This document shows positions 51,761-64,000 of a DNA stretch of 64,000 bases, piece after piece; within the stretch, counting starts at the first letter, position 1; the number at the start of each line of letters is the position of its first letter. The position numbers were made by a program, and so were the translations under genes. The notes under the pieces were generated by a model. That model was not told where the DNA came from and ran no database searches. It was given only the letters and a program-made list of their open reading frames with translations. The DNA lies in the NCBI GenBank assembly GCA_964016885.1, contig OZ024742.1:93310001-93374000 (forward strand), in the 5' to 3' direction. Source of the stretch: Eledone cirrhosa (lineage: Eukaryota).

Positions 51761-52517
51761 ATTATTAATTAAATCATGCAAAGCTTGTTGAAGATTTTAG
51801 ACAAACATTTATGTATTGTTGTGTGTATCTATTTTTATTATATCCACCTTCTAGTAAGACTTGAAGCCTGTGTTTATAATGTTTGTATGTGAGATATTCA
51901 AAAGTAGTTTGATTTCATCTTTCTTGCTTGTTTTTTATTCTTTTACTGGTTTCTTTCATTAGACTATGTTCATGCTGGGGCACTACCTTAAGGAGATCTA
52001 GACAATCTTATTGACCTCTTTTCTTATTTATTTTATCAATCTTTTTGTCAAATTACTAAACACAGACAAGAACACACAGACACACACCAGTGTGCACATT
52101 CCAATAATATAAGACTCAGACACATGCACATGTATACACACACACACATGCACATGTATACACATACACACACAGAAGCAATAATGCCCACCTTCCAATT
52201 TCACCCCATTAGCATAAACAGAGCTACATCCATGACAAACCTGGACACTCCAATTTGGCCCCTGAATGCCGCACAACTTGCCTACTACCCCCAACCTTTT
52301 CTTAACAACCTTTTCTAAACTCTCATGTACCTACCTGTTCTGTCTCTTTCCAAACTCTCCATTTCCTGATGAAGGACTTCCATCTTAAGTGCTGAACCTT
52401 TTTCTACTCATCCTAAGTGTGATCCTAATAAAACTTTGCTTTTGCATCCCTGTGTTTGTGTTATATATTCAACTACATATATACATGTATGTGTGTATAA
52501 GTATGTATGTATATATA

Positions 52518-52830
52518 GGTGCATGGCTAGTGGTTAGAGTGTTCGGCTTACAATCATGAGGTTGTGAGTTTGATTCTTGGACCAGGCTTTGCATTGTGTT
52601 CTTGACCAAGACACTTTATTTTACATTGCTCCAGTTCACTCAGAGCAATGGTGCTAAGCTGTATTGGCCATTGCCTTTCCCTTGGACAACATTGGTGGCA
52701 TGGAGAGGGAGACTGATATTATGGGCGACTGCTGGTCTTCCACAAAGCAACCTTACCTTGACGAGTTTCTCGGAGGGGAACTTTCTAGGTGGAAATCAAA
52801 TGGTCATTTGTAACTGAAGGTGTCTTTACC
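52518..52830 (+). mobile_element. CORE-type SINE with an alternative 3' tail
   Basis: Same tRNA head and CORE as family B up to ~52643, then a tail unrelated to the other copies. Confidence 0.7.
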
Positions 52831-52863
52831 GATTAATCATTATCATATATATACATATGTATA

Positions 52864-52945
<82 letters not shown>

Positions 52946-52980
52946 CTTGGTAGTATTCAAGAGAATATGGTAGAACTGTC

Positions 52981-53290
52981 TTGAGCAAGACACTTTATTT
53001 CACATTGCTCCAGTTTACTCAGCTGTAGAAATGAGATGATAGGGACCCCAGTCCTATCATTCCACTATAAAGTGGACGTGTAGGCGCCATGGAAAAAAAG
53101 CACTCAGCACTCACTGTAAATGAGGTTGGTGTCAGGAAAGGCATCCAGCTGTAGAAATCAAGCCAGAATCAGTTCCCGTATGAGCAAGACAAGGTCAGCT
53201 GACTGGACACTGCCCACAACAGGACAACCCGTCTAACCCATGCTAGCATGGAAGAACGGACATAAAAACGGTGATGATGATGATGATGAT
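52981..53290 (+). mobile_element. 5'-truncated CORE-type SINE family B
   Basis: Starts within the CORE (ttgagcaagacactt). The tail matches the RTE 3' end at 9840-9965. Confidence 0.82.
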
Positions 53291-53309
53291 ATATATATAT
53301 ATATGTATA

Positions 53310-53900
53310 TATATATGTATGTGTTTGTGTGTGTGTATGTGTGTGTGCACATGTGTGTGTGTGAATGTGTGTTTGTATGTGTATGTGTGTGTTTGCATAT
53401 GTGTTTGTGTGTGTGCGTTTGCATATGTGTTTGTGTGTGTATGTGTTTGTGAGTGTGTGTGTGTGTAGCTGTGAGTTTATGTGTGTGTGTGTGTGCATGT
53501 GTGTTTGCATTTGTGTATGTATATGTGTGTGTGTATTTATGTATGTGTGCATTTGTGTGTATGTATTTGTGTACGTGTGTGTGTATATGTGTTTGTCTTT
53601 ATGTGTATATGTGTATGTGTTTGTGTGCGTGTGTATGTGAATGTGTATTTGTGTATATGTATGCGACTGAGTGTGTGTGCGTTTGTGTGTGTGTGCATAT
53701 TTGTGTATGTGTGTGTGAATATGTGTTTGTCCTTATGTGTGTGTATGTGTGTTTATGTGCTTGTATGTGTGTGTGCATATTTGTGTATGTGTGTGTGAAT
53801 ATGTGTTTGTCCTTATGTGTGTTTATGTGCTTGTATGTGTGTGTGTGTGTGTGTTTGTGTGTGTATGTGTGTGCTTGTATGTGTTTTTGTCCACACGTGT
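53310..53900. repeat. Degenerate (GT/AT)n low-complexity tract
   Basis: Direct reading of the sequence. Confidence 0.9.
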
Positions 53901-54223
53901 GGGCACATGCATGTTTCTTTAAATATTACCACATCTTTCTTTTGTATTAGTTTGGTTTTCAGATATTTAAAATTTCAATGAAAAATTTTAGACAGAAACA
54001 TGTATATATACACATAAAAACACACATACTCTCTCTCTCTTTCACACAAACACACATACACATCCACAAACATAAAGATACACATACAGAGGCTGATACC
54101 TGAACACATGCATACTGACACACTGTTGCACACCCACCCAAAGACTGACACATATACATATATGCATGTATCATAAGACATCCACACAGATAATAAATCT
54201 GAACAAATAAATGGACGTTTGGG

Positions 54224-54268
<45 letters not shown>

Positions 54269-55393
54269 TCACTTGGTAGTATTTAAGAGAATATGGTAGA
54301 ACTGTCAAATGATAAGTGAATATAGAATATAGCCAATACAGGCTTCAAGACTGTCCTTGAAGCACACTTTTGATAAATGTTTGATTCCTCTCTGTTTTCC
54401 AGAGATTGAAGTTCGTCAGGATATGAAGCACATCATACATTGCCCATGGTATGAAGAACAATCTGAAATTGTTCATCTTCAATAGAAGTGACATCAACAT
54501 TTCATAAAAATGAACTAATATGAAGAGTAACAAAAGCTATAGAGATGTGCAAAATTGACAGATTAATAATGTAAAGGAGTGATAAAAGTAATGGCTAGCT
54601 AGGATCTTTAATATTTTTTTACCTTAGGATATTAACGCTGGATGTACAGAAATGAATGTGTTTTGGAACAGCCATACATTTGATTAGGAGATGATGATGA
54701 CTCCTCTACAAGAACAATATATATGATTTTGTGCTAGGGCACTAAAATATATTGCATTATATGTAATTGACAGTCGAGAGAAAAGAGTACTCAATATCAT
54801 AGTAGAGTTTAAATATTCAATTTATTAAGGGTAAATCTAACGTTTTGCATGCTTCTCACCAGAGTAATAAGATTCCCTATTTCTATGGCTGGATACCCTT
54901 CACAATGCCGACCACATCACAGCATGAACTAGGAGCTTTTTCTGTAATACCACAATTACCACTTTAGAAGATGGACTGGGTGCTTTTTTGTTGTGACACC
55001 AGCATTTTGATGCTGGAAGGAGTTGGAAAGGCAACTGATATATATATAATATTGACATACATATATAAAAATAGAAAGGAAGCATTCATTGGACTGGACC
55101 AAGAAAACTATGTTTCCGTTGGTGATACTATTTATCAGTTGTAACTCCTGGCAGGAAGAGGTGGGATTTAAACTCAGAATGCACAGAGCCAGATTAAATA
55201 CCACAAAGCATTGTATCTGACTGTTTAACAATTCTTTCAGTCCACCAACCCTAAATTGGTACTATATTTATTAACCATGAACAGATGAAAGACAAAGTTG
55301 ATCTCAACAGGATTTGAATTCAGGGCACAAAGAACTGGAACAGGCATTTAATTTGTCATTCTAATGACTCTGCCAATACATATATATATAATG

Positions 55394-55434
<41 letters not shown>

Positions 55435-55948
55435 GTTATATATATATATCATAGATTTAAATATATATGCACCTCATCATTACCCATGCATACACAAAAA
55501 TTCACATAATTGAACACACACACACACACACACACACATCATATACACACATTACACATCCTCCTCACATTCCCGTCACTACACATTTCCAAACAGTAGC
55601 TATTGAAGTGAAATGAGTGGAATGAAGATGATCGCAGTTGTAACAAATAAACACAACACAACACAGACGCCATAAAGAAAATGGCTGACTAATAAAAAGC
55701 CAGAAGAGAAGATGTTAGAAGATGCTGGCATTTAAGAGAAATTAACCTCAAGTTTTATTTCTTTGCTTTTTATATTTCTTTAATCTATCTCACATTTCAT
55801 TTCTGCTACTCCTTCAAATAATCTTGCTATAAACTTTAGCTTTGTGCTTTACAACCATCATCACTAATTTCTTCATTTTACTTCCATGGATGCTTTCTAT
55901 TTTACTCATGTTATATTTATTCCGTTTTATTCTATTATATTTCATGAA

Positions 55949-56011
<63 letters not shown>

Positions 56012-56040
56012 GTTGTTGTTGTTGTTGTTGTTGTTATTAT
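55949..56040. repeat. Compound (ATT)n(GTT)n microsatellite
   Basis: Direct reading of the sequence. Confidence 0.95.
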
Positions 56041-56874
56041 TGTATTAGTATCATTTGTATTTTTCATTTATATTCTACGACTAATTTTCAATCATCTTTT
56101 TTTTTCATATTTATGGAATATTTCCCAAAATATTTTTTCTTGTTTTTTCTTCCAGTTTATTCAAATTCCACTCACCTCACCTAGTCACCGCTATCATCAA
56201 CATTGTCATCACTATCATCATCATCATCATTGCTATTTTACTGTCGTCATCATCTTCATTATTATTATTATCAGCAGCACCAGCACTGATCTTGTGAGAA
56301 CCACAGAGTAAAATATTGACACTCAGGAAGCCAAGAATATGATTTGGTTTCAGTTCTTGTTTAAAGCCATGTTTCTTATAACACTACATATATCATTCAT
56401 ATAAAAAATTTATTACTCTTACTTCTCAAATGTATATAGCCTTACAATAATTAAATAAGAAAAAAATTATTGGTGAGTTGGCAAAAAATGTTGGGTTCAA
56501 GGCAAAACTCTGTATCTGCTCTTCTCTCTACATACTATGTTAACTCTTTTGTTACCATATTTCTAATAAAATTTACTCCAAATCATTTTGAAAACAATCA
56601 AATATTTTGAATCATTTCATTAAAAAAGCTAATTTTTTCATTGTTAAGCTGTTGTTTACGACATAACTTAACAATGATTCTTGTATAAAATTTGTGACAT
56701 GACAACTCATTTCTACAGCTAAGTAAATTTGAACAACATGAAATAAAATGTTTTGATTGAGGACACAATGCATTGTCCAGACTAGGAATCGAAAAAACTC
56801 AATTGTGAATCAAACCCTCCAACCTCACACACACACACACATATATATATATTGAAACAAAGCCTCTCTCTCTC

Positions 56875-57002
<128 letters not shown>

Positions 57003-57311
57003 TTTAAAATTAAGAAGAAAGCAAGAACCGGGTGGTGGGGATGTTTTCCTCATCAGTTGTCTACTGGAGGCCTTGGATATTTCAACACTTTAAAGACAAT
57101 ATATCTATCCCCCAGTGCATTCAATAAAAGGGAAGAAAAGAGAAAAACAGGGAAAAAAACAACAAACTGGAGAATGTGTGAGCAACTTCAAGAAAGAAAA
57201 TCCAAGTTCATAACGGTGCTGAACGTAAGTTCTAAAGCGTGTGGACGATGAAAAAAAACCCGTCTGATCCCTGCAAGTGTAAGTGAGAAAAGGACTGCTA
57301 TATATATATAT

Positions 57312-57635
57312 GGAGGCACATGGCTTAGTGGTTAGAGCATTGGCCTTGCAATCGAAAGTTTATTTCACATTGCTCAGCTGTAGAAATGAAATTTTTTGCT
57401 GTGGCACCTCCACGACCACTTTGCAGTGGAATGATAGGGACCCCAGTCCTTATCATTCCACTGCAAAGTGGTCGTGGAGGTGCCACAGCAAAAAAGCACC
57501 CAGCACTCACTGTAAATGAGGTTGGTGTTAGGAAGGGCATCCAGCTGTAGAAATCTAGCCAGAATCAGTTCCTGTCCCATCCTTGCAAGCAGGGAAAAGC
57601 GGACGTAAAATGAAATGATGATAATGAAATGATGA
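57312..57635 (+). mobile_element. Rearranged CORE-type SINE family B (B-box deleted, internal 50-bp fold-back)
   Basis: Head ggaggcacatggcttagtggttagagc, internal deletions, and an inverted repeat at 57392-57495. Confidence 0.82.
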
Positions 57636-57804
57636 TAGAGAGAGAGAGTTGGACAGAAAGTCCCTGCCATTCTTCAAAAGGAGGTATTTTGATAGAGTTT
57701 TCTGGAAATGTTGCAGGTTGCACAGGCACTTATATATATGAAGTGACGTTTGTATGCACAGTGTGCAATTTTCATTTTCTATTATGCCATCAAAGGGGAA
57801 GCAA

Positions 57805-58120
57805 CATGGATCTATCCATATCATTTATTTGTGGCTGTTTACTTTATGACTTCAAATCTGGCTTAAGCACAATAGCATTGAGTCATCCCATTAACAATAC
57901 ATTTGGGTTTCACATCATAACTGAATACAGTGCCAGGGATTGGTTTGAAAATTTCTGTTCTGGTGATTACAGCCACGAAGATTGACCTTGTACAGGATTT
58001 TCAATGACAAGCAACTGCATGAGCTGGTGGAAGCTGACCCACACTAGACACATGTCAACTTTCCAAAGTGCTTGAGGCATGAAAAACAACTATCCCCAAT
58101 CACTTGCATACAATAGGAAT
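57805..58120 (+). pseudogene. Mariner transposase N-terminal HTH remnant
   Basis: MDLSISFICGCLLYDFKSG...INNTFG...ARDWFENFCSGDYSHED*P resembles the Mos1-type WF.KF.SGD.SLED.PRSGRP. Confidence 0.75.
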
Positions 58121-58575
58121 ACTCTTTTCTCTTTTGCTCTGTGAACCTGTCACAGATATCTTAGCTGTTGAGAATGCCCAACAGCTGTTTCAAGATTTGT
58201 TAATCTCTCATCAGAGAGTGTCACTCAACTGGTACTGAGATGAAAATAGACTAGAGCCTTTATAGATCTTGTGTGATGAACATTTGTTAGAGATGCTCAT
58301 TTGTATATAGCAAATGGAAATCATCAGCTGGAAATACTAATGCAAACTTGGCTGTTATAATTAATTGGCAGTAGCACTAGAATATTGCTAATAGAAGAGG
58401 GTGTATATGAAAGCATATACTCTATGTTTATATGCAATAAACATAAGAGAGCCTCGCCCTAAGAAACAAAATGATTTTTCATTAATCGTAAGACACTTGT
58501 TCAAGGTGTCACACAGTAGGACTGAACCAGAAACCATGTAGTTTCAAAGCAAACTCTTTAATTACATATCTATGC

Positions 58576-58696
58576 TGCCAGACAGTCCTATGCGAGCAAG
58601 ACAATCACTCTTGCCTCAAGTGGGACTACCCCCGTCCAAACCCATGCAAGCGTGGAACACGGACGTTAAACGTTGATGATGATGATGATGATGATG
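58576..58696 (+). mobile_element. Very short RTE 3' tip
   Basis: Appears identical to 28026-28146 over ~120 bp. Confidence 0.85.
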
Positions 58697-58801
58697 CCTG
58701 CATTTATATATGAAACGCTGAAGAATATTGTACATAGGCATGAAATGGTTGATGAAATATGACAATAATACACCAATACATTAATTCAAAGCTTTGACAA
58801 T

Positions 58802-59150
58802 TCATCATCATCATCATCATACGTCCACTTTTCCCTGCTTGCAAGGGTGGGACGGGTCTTATTCAGCATATCATCTCTCCACTTGTCATGGTCCTTCGTC
58901 ATCTCTACCGTGAGCTTCAGCAATCTGAAGTCTGTTCTCACCACCTCCGCCCATGTTTTTCGTGGTCTAATTCTACCATGTCTTCCTTCAACTGGCATTT
59001 CCTGGCACTTCTTCACCCATTGTTCTTCCTCCATGCACATCACCTTAACATACCACTGCAGTCTCCTCTCTCGCACACTAGATTCTATCCCTCCCAGACA
59101 CAGTTTCTCTCTCAACACATCCATGCTGGATCCATGTGTTGAGAGAGAAA
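58802..59150 (-). mobile_element. RTE-clade LINE 3' end, second subfamily
   Basis: RERRLQWY...GRHGRIRPRKTW...DL...WR. Its tail cccacccttgcaagcagggaaaagtggacgt-(GAT)n is the tail of the SINEs at 19362, 31201 and 57312. Confidence 0.85.
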
Positions 59151-59159
59151 CTCTGTCTG

Positions 59160-59202
<43 letters not shown>

Positions 59203-59398
59203 TAGATAAATCTACCAAAAGTTTACAGTAGTGTCCAATCCGTATGAAGAACTCAATGTAATCCGGATATCATGAAAAGAAAAGATGCATTCAAAAACTA
59301 CTTTCGGTGAAAAATAAACGGAAAACAGAGTCAAGATAAATTATTAAAAAAATAATGAATAAACAAAGAAACAGTTCCTTATATTAAACAAAAAAAGT

Positions 59399-59540
59399 TC
59401 ATTATTTTACGATCGTTTCTAGGACATATATGTGTTAGAATTGGTATGCATATTCTATAGATCTATGTACAATATTTATACAAACTATCAGAGGGAATAT
59501 ACATACCTTCACATATATATGCTGTCTTCAGAAATAATGA
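59399..59540 (-). ncRNA. Type I hammerhead ribozyme with ~105-nt stem II and GUA cleavage triplet
   Basis: Minus strand: TCATTATTT-CTGAAGA-[long hairpin]-GAAA-C-GATC-G-TA-AAATAATGA. Confidence 0.8.
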
Positions 59541-60539
59541 TGCTTGTTTATTGATAAGAACAAAGATTCAATACAATAGGTCTGTTTGGGAACAGGTTTT
59601 GAATAGACAAATGAAATAGAGATTGAAATATATAAAAATCTATCAAGAAATATAGTTAGGTGTGTGTATATGTATGTAAATACGCTCACAGATGTGCATA
59701 TATGTGTATGCACATATGTATACGTATAGTGAAAAAGTGTGTGTAAATCTAAAATTTAGGGCAAATGTATATGTATGTCTGTAATCTACAGACAGAATAG
59801 ATACATCATAAGTATATGAATATGAAGGCACGCGCATAAACACGCCTACACACACGTACACTTAGATGTGGAAGTAAAAGAGGTAAGGGAGTGTAATAAT
59901 TAAAGGAAAGTATCAATCTCGATATATTTATAAAAATGTAACAATAAATTAGAAAGAAAAAATTTTAGAAAGAAAAAACTAAAGAAAAGAAAACAAAAAA
60001 AGGGAGGTACATACATACACAGACACGCATGTCTCACAAAAGAAACGCAAAAATATACATGCTTATATACACACGCACACTTACACATCTATACGTTCGA
60101 TACGTACATACACACACACACACACACACATACTTACACTCACGCATATTGACCTGTTTGCATGCACACGCATAAAAATAAGTAAAACATATACCCATAC
60201 ATATATATATACATATATATATGTATGGGTATATGTTTTACTTATTACACATGTACATATACAACCACACACACACACACACAGACATACATATATATAC
60301 ACATACACACACATATACACAGTCACACACATATACACATATATACCTATACATACATATATCTACACATACATATATATGTATTTTTACACTCCCATAC
60401 ATACACACATACATACATACACACTTATATATACATACACATATCCACGCTTACATATACATATAATTATTGGGGGGGGGGGGGGATTAAATTTATTAGT
60501 GGGAAATAGTAAATATATAGGTTTCAAGGCACATAGAGT

Positions 60540-61560
60540 CATAACCTGAAGTTAAAACTTTATATGTGTTTACTTAATGGTATCAGTTTTAGGAAATGGT
60601 ATTTGTAAGAAGGAAAGCCAAATTATGTAGTACATCATTAGTAGAATATTAATTATAGGTTAACTAAAATAAAAATAGTTTATATATTAATTTCTAAGGT
60701 GTATACTAATTAGGTTTATAATATTTAAAGCGGAATTATGTAGTTCAACAGTAGTAGAATATTAATTATAGCTTAACTAAATTAAAAATAATTACATATG
60801 TTTACTTAATGGTATCAGTTTTGGGAAATGATATTTGTAAGAAGGAAAGTCAAATTATGTAGTTCATCGGTAGTAGAATATTAATTATAGGTTAACTAAA
60901 TTAAAAATAGTTTATATATTAATTTCTATAGTGTATATTAATTAGGTTTATAATATTTAAAGCAGAATTTTGTATTTTATCTGTAGTAGAATTTTAATTA
61001 TAGGTTAACTAAATTAAAATTAATCTATATATTAATTTCTAAAGAGTATATTAATTAGGTTTATATTTAAATGTTTTTCTCAGTTTATGATTACACGATA
61101 TTTTGTATTTCATCTGTAGTAGAATTTTAATTATAAGTTAACTAAATTAAAATTATAGGTTAACTAAATTAAAATTAATCTATATATTAATTTCTAAATT
61201 GTATATTAATTAGGTTTATAATATTTAAAAGTTTTTCTCCGTTTATGATTACACGATATTTTGTTGTATTTCATCTGTAGTAGAATTTTAATAATAGGTT
61301 AACTAAATTTAAAATTAATCTATATATTAATTTCTAAAGTGTATATTAATTAGGTTTATAATATTTAAATGTTTTTCTCAGTTTATGATTACACGATATT
61401 TTGTATTTCATCTGTAGTAGAATTTTAATTATAGGTTAATTAAATTAAAATTATAGGTTAACCACATTAAAATTAATTTATATATTAATTTCTAAAATGT
61501 ATATTAATTAGGTTTATAATATTTAAATGTTTTTCTCAGTTTATGATTACACGATATTAT
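60540..61560. repeat. Complex tandem array (140-158 bp and ~232 bp periods) derived from the PLE ORF 3' end
   Basis: gtttttctc.gtttatgattacacgatatt occurs at ~61073, 61231, 61371 and 61529. A second block is repeated at ~60565 and ~60797. Confidence 0.9.
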
Positions 61561-63978
61561 TAATTCCTGTCGCTTATTTAATAGGATATCCTTAGATTTC
61601 ATTATTTCGAAAAGTTCTTGGGAACACAATCTACATTCATTTCTACTATTTTGATAAGGGGTGGCTCTTTTGAGTACACTCCAGGTCATGTCATATTCTA
61701 TATTCCTCTTTCTATAACTATTAATTTTTTCTGCTAGAGATGTTGTATTAGCTAGTGCGGCATTTTAAAAACTATGTTTGTGGGTATTAAATCTTACCTT
61801 AAAATTGTTAGAAGTAGCTCCTATATATGAACAAATAGAGTCCTTAGAGTTAACTTTACATTTATATACTATGTTATTAACAAGGCAATTTCCTTTTAAT
61901 GGGCAGTTTACCTTGTTTCTACAGTTACAACTTTTCGTTAATCCTGTATTTGAGAAGATATTATGGCCAGTTTGATGTACTGGTGGTATACTTATGGTTT
62001 TTTTACATTTATATGCATTATAGGCACTTATATTTTGTTTTATGATTTTGGTTGTTGAGTATGAGAATTTAACTGTTGATCTATTTAAGATTTGATGGTA
62101 TTTGTGGTTTGGCGGGAAGTTTTTCTCTAGGATATTAAAGAATTTTTTAGGTATATTATCCTTAACTTGTAAATTAAATGGAGCATTATACCAAGTAACT
62201 CGTCTATTACGGTTTCTATGTTGTTTATTGTTTTTATAGGATGCATCCTGATGTTTACTAGGAGAATTATTGTTAATGACCTCTCCACACACATTTTTAG
62301 TTAGATTTATTGATTTAGGTGTTTTAGCTTGTTTATTAGGAGTTTTATTATTAACATTTATTAGAGTTGTAGGATGAATAGTTTTTTGAGAGTTACTATA
62401 CTGTATATTAGAGGAGTTAGAGAAATTTGGTTTTATGTTGGTATTTTGGGGTATAGTGTGAGTGGAGTTTAGGTGTGTACGTTTCATTTGGTGTTTGTTG
62501 GTAATATTAGGTTGTATGTTTGTAGTGTTATTGGTAGAAGGTATATATTCCAATCTATTTTTGTGGCCATTTCTAGCTAGAGCTTCGTTATAAAAGATCG
62601 CATTTTTATCAAATACATCTTGGTTAGACGAAAGGTTGGAAATTCTAAGTGATATATTATATGCAAGGTTTTTAAGGATAGATTTAGGGTGATTAGATTG
62701 TGAGTGTATGTAGTGTACATTTTGGTTGGGTTTATGGTAAGGTTGGTAGATACCCGTAGCTAAGTCTAATGTTATATCTAGGAAATTAACTACTTTACTT
62801 GTGTTTTCAAATGTAATATCTAGACTATAATAGTCTTTAAGGAAAGTTCTAATAAGCTTTTTGTTTTTTTCTATCTCTGAGAGGCTAAGGTTATTGGAAA
62901 GAAGAAGACAGTCGTCACGATATAAACCACCTTTAAGGTGGGGAAAGGAAGCATTTATGTTAAAAAGAAGAAAGAGGCCCACAAGATCAGTAATTTGGGC
63001 AGAATCGCTTGAGCCCATAGTAATATCAAATATATTACTATATGTGTTTCTGGTCCAGTATTCATTCTGAAATTCCCGTAGTGTTAGTCTAGCATGTGTA
63101 ATAATATTAATGTCATCCAAAGTTAAGTTAGATCTATTTTTAGCAAATATCAAGGCTTTGTTCAGGAGTATAGGTGATATAGAAGAATAGTAATTATCTA
63201 TATCAAATTGTAGAAATGAAGCAGAGGATTTATATCTAATATTATTAAACCAGTTAATTACCTGGGATGTGTTTTCCCAGAGTGGTAAATTAACATGTTT
63301 TCTTATTTGTGGGATGACTCTATCTAAAATGTTTTTACTAATTATTCCAATATCGGATTTGGAACGGCATATAAGTCTTATAGAAGGATTAGAGTTAAAG
63401 TTTGATTTATGATCTTTCAGGTTGAAGTGTGGTCTTTTCAATGCCAAATGTTCAGTTCTATCTTCAATATTAAGTCTATTCACTATGCTGTGTGTTTTGT
63501 TGTTGATGTTGGTAAGTGACGCATTATTTGTTTTTCTATAATTTTTCCTGAGTTCTTTATATATGAACTCATTATAATTTTCAATATCCATGTGATATAG
63601 GTTTCCAGTTTTGTCCGAGTGGACATGGATTTTTTTAGATTTTTTTAGGTCCAATACGGTAGAATCAAGGTCCTTTTGAAAGTTAGATTTATACCTCTTA
63701 AATTTGAGGTGTTTGATTAAATTAAAAAGGTCTTTCTCAAAGTTTTCAAGTAGAGAGTTGTGTGGTGGATTTTTATATGTAGTGAAATCATACAGATATT
63801 TCCTATCTGTACATTTTGATTTTTTATCGAAGTGGTAGGCCCTCCATCTGACTCTTCTGATAAATTGGTTGGTTTTTTGTATCATAAGAAGTAAGAAATC
63901 ATCCTTAGAAGGTAATGGTATATTCTTTAAAGAAGTTCCCAAGTATTGTTTTTCCATTGTGATATGGATAATGGACAA
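61504..63978 (-). pseudogene. PLE reverse transcriptase + GIY-YIG endonuclease, 824 codons with a single in-frame TAA (61765-61767)
   Basis: RT motifs SDKTG, LKDHK, RLI, QFDIDNYYSSI, MGS, GLYRDD and FLDITLDL. Then CNCR....CPLKGNC, NIVYKC...YIGAT, and after the stop in the same frame TWSV...CRLC..E...LLNKR.E. Confidence 0.92.
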
Positions 63979-64000
63979 GAAAAAGAGCTCAACTATTTGT

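Larger units (their letters stand above)
59201..64000 (-). mobile_element. Near-complete Penelope-like element (tentatively Hydra-clade-like): ORF, tandem array, low-complexity 3' region, hammerhead pseudo-LTR, (TA)n
   Basis: The parts form a continuous arrangement on the minus strand. The 5' end lies at or beyond the window edge. Confidence 0.82.

Noticed and set aside
12990-54865. Further hammerhead-like remnants at ~12995 (+), ~47800 (-), ~52367 (+) and ~54850 (-)
   Set aside because: Each has two or more core or stem defects. At most they are decayed PLE pseudo-LTRs, so they are not called as ribozymes.
60540-61560. CRISPR-like appearance of repeated blocks
   Set aside because: The intervening sequences are themselves repeated rather than unique spacers, the units derive from the PLE ORF end, the context is eukaryotic, and there are no cas genes.
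61765-61767. Programmed readthrough or selenocysteine in the PLE ORF
   Set aside because: The codon is TAA, not TGA, and occurs once. A simple nonsense mutation is more likely.

Overview
This is AT-rich, microsatellite-saturated animal genomic DNA. It is most likely an octopus or other coleoid cephalopod, inferred from the SINE/RTE repeat complement and not proven. I see no convincing host protein-coding gene; nearly all ORF-track entries are microsatellite translations or transposon fragments. Contents: a head-to-tail cluster of Tx1/L1-clade LINEs (1-7.4 kb), many RTE-clade LINE 3' ends (some carrying a PHD-like finger), two tRNA-derived SINE families, Helitrons, mariner and TTAA MITEs, and a Dong/R4-like LINE sitting in (TAA)n. 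There are also several Penelope-like elements (PLEs), including a near-intact 824-codon RT + GIY-YIG frame at 61.5-64.0 kb. The most notable signal is non-coding: at least 7 type I hammerhead ribozyme motifs with intact cores plus several decayed ones. Several have stem II expanded to a 50-115 nt hairpin with a mismatched closing pair. They repeatedly sit in long inverted repeats, including an apparently perfect 427-bp palindrome encoding the ribozyme on both strands. One family is physically linked to the 3' end of the near-intact PLE, whose last codons have been amplified into a tandem array.
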